In this document: piece by piece, positions 24,267-36,713 of the stretch
How the letters are laid out: each line of letters begins with the position of its first letter
Position numbering within the stretch: the stretch's first letter is position 1
Assembly (NCBI RefSeq): GCF_006345805.1
Contig: NC_042999.1
Location: 64,418,001-64,482,000, forward strand
Source of the DNA: Octopus sinensis
Taxonomy: Eukaryota
Reading direction: 5' to 3'
DNA length: 64,000 nt
Notes under the pieces: model-generated
Told to the model about the DNA's origin: nothing
Database searches by the model: none
What the model saw: the letters and a program-made list of their open reading frames with translations, nothing else
Made by a program: the position numbers and the translations under genes

Positions 24267-24689
24267 GTACACTCGTCTATGTGCACAAACGTACGCACAC
24301 ATATACACACAGACACACACACACATATATGACTGTATACATACTTTCAAGGGATGGACGAAATAACGAACAATTTATCATTTAATACGAAGTTGGTCAA
24401 TTTTTAGCATCAATCACACCTTAAAAACAGAAGACTTGGCTTCATACAAGGGGGAATTTCATGTCATTCTTCAAATAAAACCTGCTTTAGTTCTTTCAGC
24501 GAAGCGGCTCTTCCTTTGCTGTTCCATTAACATCATAGATGAACGAATATATCGAGATCTTGTGGTTGTAGGGGCCGATCCCTATAGTCTCCTTCACTTT
24601 TGTGCTCTGCATACCAAACTTGAATGACATAAGCCGTATGAATCGGCGCAATATTGTCTTTGGAGTTTGCGTACGATCAGGGAACAATG

Positions 24690-24950
24690 CTTGTAGTTGA
24701 CACCTTGTTCTTTTAACTATATATAACTGGATAATTTGGTAGTCTTTCGTTTATTCCAGTGTTTGAAGCTTAAGGAGTGATTGTTGAATATTGCTTTGAA
24801 ATTTCCCTTTGTGAGACCCACAAGAATGAAAATATTAATAGCGTTCGTAGCTTCATAAATAATGGCCTCGATCATACAGGCTCCATTTAGTGAGCATAAA
24901 TCTTTATCCCTGCAGGAACAGCCGGCTTCGTGTTGTGCTGTATTGCGCGT
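24690..24950 (-). mobile_element. Penelope-like element GIY-YIG endonuclease remnant
   Basis: CSCRDKDLCSLNGACMIEAIIYEAT...VGLTKGNFKAIFNNHSLSFKH...TTKLSSYI*LKEQG resembles the PLE pattern C.C....CPL.G.C...IVY.A....YIG.T...FK.R..NH..SF....T.LS..W.LK; abuts (TA)n. Confidence 0.75.
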
Positions 24951-25011
24951 ATATATATGTCTGTTTGTCTGTCTGTCTGTATGTATGTATGTATGTATGT
25001 ACGTACGTATG

Positions 25012-25046
<35 letters not shown>

Positions 25047-25049
<3 letters not shown>

Positions 25050-25205
25050 AGTGGCTGTGTGGTAAGTAGCTTGTTTACCAACCACATGGTTCTGGGTTCA
25101 GTCCCACTGCGTGGCACCTTGGGCAAGTGTCTTCTACTATAGCCTTGGGCCGACCAAAGCCTTGTGAGTGGATTTGGTAGACGGAAACTGAAAGAAGCCC
25201 GTCGT
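25047..25205 (+). mobile_element. SINE family A, 5' half ending at (TA)n
   Basis: Near-consensus 5' half, no adjacent 3' half. Confidence 0.88.
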
Positions 25206-25212
25206 ATATATG

Positions 25213-25289
<77 letters not shown>

Positions 25290-25412
25290 ATAATATATAT
25301 ATATATATAAAATGGATATAATATATATATATGTAAAATATACATTTTGAATTATATGGATAATACCATACTAAATTCTGGTGCCTTTAAATTAAGTACT
25401 ATATTCATCTGA

Positions 25413-25486
<74 letters not shown>

Positions 25487-26034
25487 ATCTATCTATCTAT
25501 CTATCTATCTATGTATATATATATATAATGTATATATATATATATATAAGAGACCAAGGTGTACGTACGTCGCTACATCTTTTTATATATAAAAGATGCA
25601 AAAATGGATGGGACAAGAATGCAAAACATTCAGACAGACGATACAAAGTGTTTGTTTCTTTACGTCTTTATGTCCCTCCCGTAACAAAGCAGTCAGCAAA
25701 AAGCGAACGATATAATCAGTGCCAGGCTTTTCCATCTGTCTATTAATTCCACTAAAGCCTCGAAAGTGGTGTTTCAATATGAATATGTCCCCAGTCTCAA
25801 TGGAGTAAAATATAAAAGAAAATAGTTATCTATGTCTGTCTGTATGTATGTATACATGTGTTTATATATATATATAATGTGTGTGTGTGTATGCGTGAGT
25901 CTGTGCGTAAGTGTGTGTATGTGTAAGTGCATATGTATGTATAAGACATTTGTATGCAAACCGAAGACAGTAAAATGGTTTTGTGCTTGTAAATGTCTCA
26001 TATAATTTATATTAAAATCTTAACTGTCGATGTC

Positions 26035-26065
<31 letters not shown>

Positions 26066-26489
26066 CGTATATAGATACACACACACAGATATATATACAT
26101 ATATATATAGATAGATACACACGCACACTTATATATATATATATATATTATATATATATATATATTATATATAATATATATATATATATAATATATATAT
26201 ATATATGTCAACGTACAAACCTACATACAAGCATACATTCATACATATGTACGGCTAAACACCGCATATACAGACACACAGCTGCAAATAATGCATCGAA
26301 CGATTATGGAGTCATTTTCTGTAAGTTACTTCCGTTACAGTGATCCTTGTTGAAGTCTACTTCCGTTTGTTGTCTTCTATTCCGGATTTCAGTGTCTTTT
26401 TACTACGCCAGCTTACTCTCAGATGTCAAAGTTATATTGTTATACTCATACAATTTCTGACGTCTGCTGCTTTGAAGTGCCATCTCTTG

Positions 26490-26742
<253 letters not shown>

Positions 26743-27329
26743 TTAAATGAAAAGGATAATGTCGTGCGTCAGTGGCATTTGAAATCGTTGATATAAAATT
26801 TGAGAGTGAGGGAGTACGAATGAGTGAAAAGTTGAGAACACAAGAATAAGTAAAGTGAGGGAAAATGTTTACTGCAAGCATATGTACACACACACACACA
26901 CACACGCACACACACACGCATATACGCGCACAGAACGTACATATATGCACACATATGAAAACATTCATTCACATGCGCATACACACATGTATGTTGGTAA
27001 TAGTTTCATATGAACACTAACATATATTCTTGCGCCCACGCAGAAAACGATTTATATTTGGCACATACGCATGCGCACGCGCATACACTTACACACTCAT
27101 ATATATGTGTGTATGTATGTATATATATTTGTATACGGAATATTGGTGGAACATTCCAATCAAAACTTCCGGCAAGCACGAAAACAACAGGTCCGATATA
27201 ATTATTTAAGATTATTTTGGAAAGAAACCAAAAAATAATTAATGAAGTTCCGTGGAAGCTGGTGCCTAATATTGGATGTAAACATTTCATTCAAAATTAG
27301 CAAGAATGTCAATATTTATCTCTTATTTG

Positions 27330-27690
27330 TTTCATTCATTGAACTGCGCCCATGCTGGGGCGCTACCTCGAAGGTTCAATCGAGCAAATTAACCCTTGTA
27401 CTTATTTTTCAAACTTGGTTCTTATTCCATTGGTCTTATTTACCAATCTTTTAAGCTGCATGGACGTAAACAAACTAATACCGGTTGGACACACACACAC
27501 ACACACGTGTGCGCGCGCATGTGTGTATACGACAGGTTTCTCCCAGTTTCCATGTATCAAATCCACTTACAAGACCTTGGTCATCTCGAGCCCTAGTAGT
27601 AGATACTTACCTAAGGTGCCATGCAGCGGAACTGAACCTGGAACCATGTGATTAGGAACCAAGCTTTTTACCATACTGACATGCCTGTCC
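27330..27690 (-). mobile_element. SINE family A, old copy
   Basis: Diverged halves around a CA/TG repeat. Confidence 0.6.
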
Positions 27691-27774
27691 CTAGTTCTTA
27701 AAGCCTGTTACATTCGAACTTACAAATTCTCCACCAAATTTACTAGATATGCACCCATTGTTATTAAACCCTTG

Positions 27775-27965
27775 GTTAAGGCGGTGAGCTGGCAGAATCG
27801 TTAGCACGCCGGGCGAAATACAATTTTTCGCCCATCTTTACGTTCTGAGTTCAAATTCCGCCGAAGCTGACTTTGTCTTAAAATACGTACCAGTTGAATA
27901 CTAGGGTCGATATAATTAACTATCCCTCTCCCCCAAATTTCAAACTTTGTGCCTATAATAGAAAG
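27775..27965 (+). mobile_element. SINE family B
   Basis: AAGGCGGTGAGCTGGCAGAATCGTTAGCACGCCGGGCGAAAT... Confidence 0.8.
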
Positions 27966-28169
27966 GATTATTAGTTCCTTGGTTATTAATAACAAAGAAC
28001 TCTCTCTTTGTTTTTTTTTTCCGGGTAAATACAGAGATCTTCTAACCAGTTATCAGCAAATTCAATATTCAAAACTTTTCCAAAATTCAAATTTTAACCG
28101 ATTATAGTTGTTACTACTCGTACTTAAATTTCAGTTATACAGAATTATAGGAAAAATTCAGGATATAAT

Positions 28170-28777
28170 CTTTTCTACTATAGGCAAAAAATTTTGGAAA
28201 AGGGGCCAGTCGATAGACCGACCCCAGTATGCAACTGGTGCTTAATTTATCGATCCTCGAAAGGATGAAAGGCAAAGTCGACCTCAGCAGAATTTGAGCT
28301 CAGAACGTAAAGACAGACGAAATACACCTAAGCATTTCGCTCAGCGTGCTAACGTTTCTTATTTCTTTATTGTCCACAAGGGGCTAAACATAGAGGAGAC
28401 AAATAAGGACCGACAAAGGGATTAAGTCGATTACATCGACCCCAGTGCGTAACTGGTACTTGATTTATCGATCCTCGAAAGGATGAAAGGCAATGTCGAC
28501 CTCGGCGGAATTTGAACTTAGAACGTAACGGCAGAAGAAATACCTATTTCTTTACTACCCACAAGGGGCCAAACACAGAGGGAACAAACAAGGACAGACA
28601 AACGGATTAAGCCGACTATATCGACCCAGTGCGTAACTGGTACTTATTTAATCGACCCCGAAAGGAGGAAAAGCAAATCGACCTCTGCGGAATTTGAACT
28701 CAGAACGTAGCGGCAGACGAAATACCGCTAAGCATTTCGACCGGCATGCTAACGTTTCAGCCAGCTCACCGCCTTAG
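28170..28777 (-). mobile_element. Three SINE family B copies joined head to tail
   Basis: GAAAGGA(T/G)GAAA(G/A)GCAA...GGAATTTGAACT occurs three times; one intact head at 28777. Confidence 0.9.
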
Positions 28778-28847
28778 AAATCAGGGTATATTAATAGAGA
28801 TAGGATAGTTTAACCATAAGAACCGGCTATTGCAAGCAAAAATACAT

Positions 28848-29252
28848 ACTCTTTACTCCTTTACTTGTTTCAGTCAGTTGACTGCGGCTCTGCTGGAGCA
28901 CCGCCTTTAGTCGAGCAAATCGATACCAGGACTTATTCTTTGTAAGCCTAGTACTTATTCTATCGGTCTCTTTTGCCGAACCACTAAGTTACGGGGACGT
29001 AAACACACCAGCATCGGTTGTCAAGCGATATTGGGATGACAAACATAGACACACAAACACACACACACATATCTACATATACATATATACGACGGGCTTC
29101 TTTCAGTTTCCGTCTACCAAATCCACTCACAAGGCTTTGGTGGCCCGAGGCTATAGTAGAAGACACTTGTCCAAGGTGCCACGCCGTGGGACTGATCCCG
29201 GGACCATGTGGTTGGTAAGCAAGCTACTTACCACACAGCCACTCCTGCGCCT
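28848..29252 (-). mobile_element. SINE family A, full length
   Basis: Both halves present. Confidence 0.92.
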
Positions 29253-30112
29253 GGCCCAATTTGAACATACGACAGACAAATATAGCAACGATATATATAT
29301 GTTTGTGTTTTATTATTGTTATTATTGTTTATGTGTATGCATTTGTGTGCATGTGTTCAGCTTAGAAACCTTCAACGGAGAATCTCGATGTTTCGAAGCA
29401 GTTGTCCAAAGTTATCCTCTTCCCCTTTGATTTTCGAAGAATTATTTACATCGGCTGACATACTGGTACATACTTTCTCTTGTCTGTTCCAAACGGCAAT
29501 ATCTGGTCTGTTATGTTTGCGCTTGGTAAAACTTTTGATTGGAATGTTCCATCAATATTCCATGTATTGATGTATGTACGCGTATTTATGAATATATGTA
29601 TATGCGTATGAACGTATGTATGTATGTATATATATATATATATTTATTTATGTGTGTGTGTGTATGTATGTATGTATGCACATACGTTTATTCTTACATG
29701 TATAAGTCAAGACAAGATTATTGAAGCAAAACAGCTACAAATCAACAAACGACAATTTGAAGCTACGCAAAGGAAAGTAAACCCAACATTTATTCATTAA
29801 AGTTTTCTTCTTATGTTTATTTTCTTGCTTTTCTTCATTTTCTTTTATCAATTCTTTACCTTCTGTTGCTTTTCTCCTAGATTTCAGCCTTTATATAAAA
29901 CAACGACGACGACATGAACAGACGACGTGAACAGACGATAGCTTGGTAGTTTAGTAGTTCGAGGTGTCAACTGGACAGATGTATTTTGATAAGTGGGTGG
30001 CAAATAAAAGTCTTGGCATCTAAATTTTTTTATGATGGTACGGATTGTTGTAATTGTCCCCGTTGTAATTATGGTGTTTGTGACTGTTGATTTTTATTGT
30101 GTAGCCTAATGT

Positions 30113-30420
30113 GAAGGCACGTAGCTTAGTGGCTAGGGTAATCGGCTAATGCATTGTAAAGTTCTGAGTTCGATTCCCGGCGACGCGTTGTATCCTTAAG
30201 CAAGACGTTGCTCCAATCCACCCGGTTGACAATTCAAAGAGCAGTATCTGCAATTCTAAAGGGTCATTTTCTGTGTTACTCTGAATCGCTTTATGAACTA
30301 CGTTAAGGATACATATGTCTGTAGAGCGGTCAACCACTGGCACGTTAATTTCACGAGCAGGCTGTTCCATTGATCGGATCAACTGGAACCCATGTTGTCG
30401 TAACCAATGGAGTGCCAGTG
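30113..30420 (+). mobile_element. SINE family E (tRNA head, CORE-like block, distinct 3' domain)
   Basis: TAGCTTAGTGGCTAG / GAGTTCGATTCC boxes; 3' block GCACGTTAATTTCACGAGCAGGCTGTTCC..GATCGGATCAACTGGAACCC shared with 48721-49020. Confidence 0.8.
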
Positions 30421-30664
30421 GCTGTTTAACTCCTACATTAAACTCTCTGTGACCATCACATCCTTTTCCCTATGTGCAGGAAACTCAGAACCACATTATC
30501 CAGCGCCTCCTGTTCTAAGACTGTTGGTTATGATTTGAGGTAGATTTTGGCTGCTATTTTTAACAGGATGAGCGATCACCTGGAAGTTTCTTTTGTTGAC
30601 TCGTTGTAGTTGTAGTGGTGTTTGGTGCAATAGTAGTAGTAGTAGTAGTCGTTGTGGTTAGAGT

Positions 30665-30872
30665 TTTTTGTGTTTTGTTCCAGTCATTGGACTGCGGCCA
30701 TGCTGGAGCACAGCCTTAAAAGGTTTCAATGGAAAAAATCGACTCAAATACTTACGTTTTTGTAAAGCTTGGTATTTATTCTCCTCACTTTTGCCAAACC
30801 GTTAAGTGACAGGAATGTAAACAAACTAATACCGGTTGTCAAGCGGGGGGAGTGAAAGTGACAAGCACAGAC

Positions 30873-30906
<34 letters not shown>

Positions 30907-30924
30907 CACACACACACACACACA

Positions 30925-30968
<44 letters not shown>

Positions 30969-31185
30969 GACGCACGCACACATGCAGATATACATACGAC
31001 AGGATCTTTCAGTATATTGATAGATACATGCGCACACGACAGGCTTCTGTACAGTTTCCATCTATGGAATTCACACACAAAGCATTGGTGGGCCTGGAAT
31101 TATAGCAGAAGGCACACTTACCCAAGGTGCCGCGCAGTGGGATTGAACTCGAAACTATATGGTTGCAAAGCGAGTTTCTTAACCA
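30665..31185 (-). mobile_element. SINE family A, old copy
   Basis: Diverged halves around (CA)n. Confidence 0.65.
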
Positions 31186-31412
31186 TCTATCCATCCATGC
31201 TTGACCCTAGTATTTGTTAGGATGCTTGCGCTTGAGGTGGCTGTGTAATGGTGTTTGTGCTGAGATAGCTTTAATTTTTGGTGTATGGTTTTCAACCGGG
31301 GTCCATATAACCATTGGGCTTTCATATGAACCTTGCAGTTCATATGACCCTGTGGGAACAGTATAAGATTTTGCTGTTAAAATTTATGTGCAATAAATTA
31401 GTTATAGTCACT

Positions 31413-31568
31413 GGAGTGGCTGTGTGGTAAGTAGCTTGCTTACCAGCCACATGGTTCTGGATTCAGTCCCACTGCGTGGCACCTTTGACAAGTGTCTTCT
31501 ACTATAGCCTCGGGCCGACCAAAGCTTTGTGAGTGGATTTGGTAGACGGAAACAGAAAGAAGCCCGTC

Positions 31569-31635
<67 letters not shown>

Positions 31636-31870
31636 TGTGTGTGTGTGTGTACGTGTGTGTGTGTGTTTGTCCTCCCAGCATAGTTTGACAACCGATGCTG
31701 GTGTGTTTACGTCTCCGTCACTTAGCGGTTCGGCAAAAGAGACCGATAGAATAAGTACTAGGCTTACAAAGAATAAGTCCTGGGGTCGATTTGCTCGACT
31801 AAAGGCGCTGCTCCACCATGGCCACAGTCAAATGACTGAAACAAGTAAAATAGTAAAAGAGTAAAAGAAT
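31413..31870 (+). mobile_element. SINE family A, full length with internal (TA)n(TG)n
   Basis: Both halves plus AGTAAAAG tail. Confidence 0.93.
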
Positions 31871-31971
31871 ATACTTCTAAATGCATAGAATATTTTAACA
31901 TTCTTTTAAATACAATTCCTAATAATATTTAATCATATAAACACAATAGGAATTTTTCAAACATTATAGGC

Positions 31972-32105
31972 TCAGGCGTGGCTATGTGGTAAGAAGTTTG
32001 TTTCCCAAACGCATGGTTCCGAGTCCTACTGCGTGGCACCTTGGGTGAGTGTCTTCTACTATAGCCTCGTGTCGACTAAATCCTTGTGACTGGATTTGGT
32101 ATACG
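31972..32105 (+). mobile_element. SINE family A, 5' half
   Basis: Diverged 5' half. Confidence 0.7.
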
Positions 32106-32359
32106 AAAAATTGTGGGATGCAAAATCAAAATTTGCACCCCTAATTCTCTCAGGTTTAGAAAACGGTGAATAAAAAGTGATCTGCAAAAAATAGCTCAAA
32201 GAATAAAGGACGAAAATAAATTAAAAAGAAGAAGCAATAAGATTTTGTTTGTAAAAGTTTTTGGGATCTGGGTTTGCACCCCTTAAGCAAATTTCGTTCC
32301 CTAGCCAGCGCATATACTGTTAGCAAACGTCGGGATGCGTGACGTACAGTTACTCAATA

Positions 32360-32560
32360 AATGAAAAATGCATTAAATGCTACAACACGTACACGTAGGA
32401 CAGACACAGAAAGACCGTAATTGTTCATCAGTTATCGACCTGAAAATACTAAGGCTCGAAACAGAGTATTAGTACTTTTCGGTCGATAACTGATGAAGTA
32501 TTACGATCCTTCTGTATCTGTCCTACGTGTACGTTTATAGTATTTAATGCATCTTTCATT
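32360..32560. repeat. 201-bp fold-back palindrome
   Basis: AATGAAAAATGCATTAAAT...CACGTAGGACAGA...TTCATCAGTTATCGACC / GGTCGATAACTGATGAA...TCTGTCCTACGTG...ATTTAATGCATCTTTCATT. Confidence 0.9.
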
Positions 32561-32598
32561 AATGTGTGTGTGTGTGTGTATGTGTGTGTGTGTGTGAA

Positions 32599-33128
32599 GG
32601 AATCAAAAAGTCTATATGTAAAAAATGGTTAAGAACCTCAGCCACAAACAGGGACGCTCAGATTGAGCAGAATAAATGAAAGGCGTCCTAGACGTGACCA
32701 TCATGTCCTTTTGTATGTTGTATGCTTAGGAATTACATCAGCAGTTTGTATCTGTGTTCTCCACCACTGCTTAACAACAGGTGTTGGTGCGTTTATGTCC
32801 CCGTAAGATCGATAGAATAAGTACCAGGCTTTAAAAAAACAAACCAAAAAAGAAACAAAAATAAGTCCTGGGGCAGATTCATTGGACTAAAAAAATTTCA
32901 AGACTGTGCTACAGCATGGCCGAAGTCTAATGACTGAAACAAATAAAAGATAAAAGATCAAATGTCTATAAATAAGGATCCACCCGCATAAAATAGGAAT
33001 CAAAAGGGTCCATATGTCAAAAATGGTTAAGAACCTCAGCCACTGGGACGCTCAGATTGAGCAGAATTAATGAAAGGCGTCCTTGACGTGACCATCGTGT
33101 CCTTTTGTATATTGTATACTTAGGAATT
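32599..33128 (+). repeat. ~135-bp direct repeat (32599-32734, 32996-33128) flanking a SINE A 3' half
   Basis: GGAATCAAAA...AAAATGGTTAAGAACCTCAGCCAC...GGGACGCTCAGATTGAGCAGAAT...TTAGGAATT occurs twice. Confidence 0.9.
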
Positions 33129-33376
33129 GCCCGTACCCATCCTTTATCCGTAGTTGCGGTTGTGGTTAATGGTTGCGGTGGTGTTAGTAATTGCTGGTGA
33201 TGCTTTTAAAACCTTTCTCTACCTGACGTAGATATGATTTATGACTGACGCCACCACGACCGTACAGAGATTCATAGTATCACTCACTGATGCCTGCGAC
33301 AGCATTAAGGATTTCTCTTTCAAATCTGTTCACTTAAACTACCACTAATCACCTTTGACACACACACGCACGCACG

Positions 33377-33419
<43 letters not shown>

Positions 33420-33753
33420 ACACACACACATGCACACACACACACACACACACACCACACATGTATATGTATATATATATATATATATGAATACATACAT
33501 GCATATACATGTATGTATGTCTGTATATGTCTATATATATCTCTGTCTGTCTGTCTCTTTCTCTATATACATATCTATGTATCTATATATGTGTGTATAC
33601 ACATACGTATATAAATATATATATATATGCAAATATATGTGTCTATATATATGTATATATGTATATATGTATACACACACACACATATATATATATGTAT
33701 GTATATGTATATATGTATGTGTAATATATATATATATCTGTATATATATATGC

Positions 33754-33801
<48 letters not shown>

Positions 33802-33911
33802 TATATATATATACGTATGTGCAGCCATACATGCATGTACAGAGGGCAAGAGAGAGAAAAAGATGATAGTGAGTCAGAAAAATAGTGAGTTAGGAGAGAG
33901 ACAGAGCGTGA

Positions 33912-33945
<34 letters not shown>

Positions 33946-34219
33946 AAGAAAGAGAGAGAGAGAGAAAGAGAGAGAGAAAAGTGAGACTAGGTGAAGGTTA
34001 CTTATGAAGCCCATTGACAAGATAATGAATTAATGCGCCGTGTGTCTGTACCTTGGTCCGGATGTCGTGTTCTGACCATAAAACAAATACTTAACCGCGG
34101 CATGCTCCATGCCAGGCTAGTTAAACGATATACGCATAAATCCTTCTGGTACCCGCCACACTCTCTATCCCTCGCTCTATGTTTGTAATAGACACACACA
34201 CATACACACACACACACAC

Positions 34220-34260
<41 letters not shown>

Positions 34261-34438
34261 CTCGCGCGCGCACACACACACACGCGCGCACATGTATATA
34301 GAAGTGAAAAACTGCACGCATGCGCTCTCACAAACAACTACACAAATATACACGCATATGTACATGTGTGAACATATGTGTATATTCATATGTATGTGTG
34401 TGTGTGTGTGTATATGTATAAATGTGAGTGTTTGTGTG

Positions 34439-34510
<72 letters not shown>

Positions 34511-35252
34511 TAAATGTGCGCATACAAACCTGCAATCATATATATATATATATGAGAGAGAGAGGATGAAAGCGAAAGAGAGCATTATGTGTAGAGAGCA
34601 TGTTTAAGAACAAATAAGTAATTCTCGATACGGTGTGTAAAAGTTCAAAATATTGGATTACTTTCGAAATGCTTCCGAAATGACATCAGCGATATAAAAT
34701 TTCATTGCGAGCCTCATCAGGGTGGAATAGACAGTATCGTTTATCCACATAAATGACACGAACTCATGAACTACCGATAACTGAACAAATACCTTACCAA
34801 CATTCGCCATCTGGTTGCAGTGGAAGCCTATATGTGGTTGCTCGATCTGCTAGAAAGAACAGTTAGATTTCTTCTAAATAACGCGCTATTGTCTTAGAAA
34901 TAGGACACATTAAATAATGTGGTGTACGATTCCTGCATATAAATATAAGTCCAGCTGGTCATAGTTGGAATATCTTTGGACTTATATCTCATTAAGTGTG
35001 TGTGTATATATATATATGTATGTATATACACAGAGGGTTGGTCATAAGTGGCCCGAAAATAAATCAAAATTCCATAAACACTATCTGTAATTCTATATTC
35101 ACTCAAATGGAGAAGTGTGTCGCTCAAGAAGGATTTCAGTTTGAACAATTTTCATGATGTTTCATATTTAGATGCTTTTATTAAATTCATTCAGTTGTTA
35201 AATACAAATAAATCTTGTGTTTGATTTACTGTCAGGTGACTTTTGGCCAGTC

Positions 35253-35290
<38 letters not shown>

Positions 35291-35319
35291 GCAACGACAT
35301 CGAACCCACAAGAGTAAAC

Positions 35320-35408
<89 letters not shown>

Positions 35409-35559
35409 GGCAGAAACAAGGAGAATGTCACTTGTATTTGAACACTATGCAAATATTCTTTTAAAAATAACTTTCTTTTAATTTTTCCCAAATTTAATTG
35501 TTTTTCATACTTACAGTTGAAAAGTCTCAATGACTGAAACCGGTACTGAAATGTTTTTT

Positions 35560-35885
35560 ATAAAATTATTTTAGCATTTTCTATCTTGACTTTTTTTTCT
35601 TTTGTATTGGAAGTCGCTTGACCCTGTTATCTCCCCTACTGTCCCTCTCGCGTCTGACCACTGTCCGAAGTCAGGACGCCATGATAGATCGCTAGCTCCT
35701 ACACGCATTTTTTCTCTCCTTGTTTCTCTCCTCGTTTTTTTCTGTGTATCTTTCTGTCGAAGAGCGTAGGCTCGAAACATAAAAGACTTTTTCTATTTCT
35801 ATTCCTGAGCGCTATATTAATACATTTGTTTGTTTGTACTCCACCTCCCTTCGTCTTTTGTTTATTTTCGTAATCTTTCCCTATA
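35560..35885 (+). mobile_element. (TA)n-terminated interspersed repeat with a degenerate minimal hammerhead-like motif
   Basis: tcttt CTGTCGA A GAGC gtag GCTC GAAAC ATA aaaga at 35749-35786; ends in CCCTATATATA. Confidence 0.5.
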
Positions 35886-36041
35886 TATAGATAGATACGT
35901 ACACACACACAACAATAATCAACTTTAATTTAAAGTTGTTTTCGCTATAAGAAGTGTCCCAGAGCCGAGTGCTTGTGCAACATCCTATAGCTTCCTCGGA
36001 TCCTTTAAAATGAAGTATATGTTTATTTCAGAAAGCATTTA

Positions 36042-36439
36042 CAGTGATTCCTCGTTTATCGCGGTAGATTGGTTCCGAGACCGGCCGCGATAACTGAATT
36101 TCCGCGAAGTAGGGACACCATATTTACAGTATTCATTTAACGTGTATTTAGACTTTTAAAACCCTCTACTGTTACACGGGCCAGACTACAAAATAGAAAG
36201 CTGTGATTCGTCGTCTCTCTCCATTGCACAAATCACAGCCCGTCTTAAGTTCAAATACCTCTGTATATGCTTTTTTGTTTTTATACGCTTGTTTTGTTGT
36301 TCCTAGACTAGGAAATAATATTTATTATTAATATTTTAATGGATTTAATGAAAAATTTTAGGCGTTCATATATATATATATATATTTTTAAAGTCGTGAT
36401 TCCGCGATAGTTGAACCGCGAAGTAGCGAGGGATCACTG
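36042..36439. mobile_element. pogo/Tigger-like MITE (398 bp)
   Basis: TA|CAGTGATTCCTCGTTTATCGCGG ... CCGCGAAGTAGCGAGGGATCACTG|TA. Confidence 0.8.
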
Positions 36440-36713
36440 TAATTCCTCTTATAGCAGAAACAACGTCAAGTTAGTTAGTTAGTTAGTTAAATTGGCTCAA
36501 AAGTTAACGAAGTTGATTACGTGACTCCTTTTTCCTTGTTATTCATTAATTAATATTATGTTCTCTATTCTGCTCTTTTAGGTATATGCATATTGAGTTC
36601 TAACAACTGGTTCTTATTATCGTTATGTCTAAGGGAAATGATACGGGTGTGTGTGCGTGTGCGTGTCTGCGTGTGCATGCGAATGCGGTTTGGTAAAGAT
36701 GGCCGATAATCTA

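Noticed and set aside
24400-24690. Overlapping ~63-aa ORFs on both strands next to the PLE remnant
   Set aside because: No recognisable motif, and they do not continue the expected PLE C-terminus.
34655-34725. Minus-strand CUGAUGA...GAAA as a hammerhead
   Set aside because: No complementary stem I and no valid stem III or NUH could be formed.
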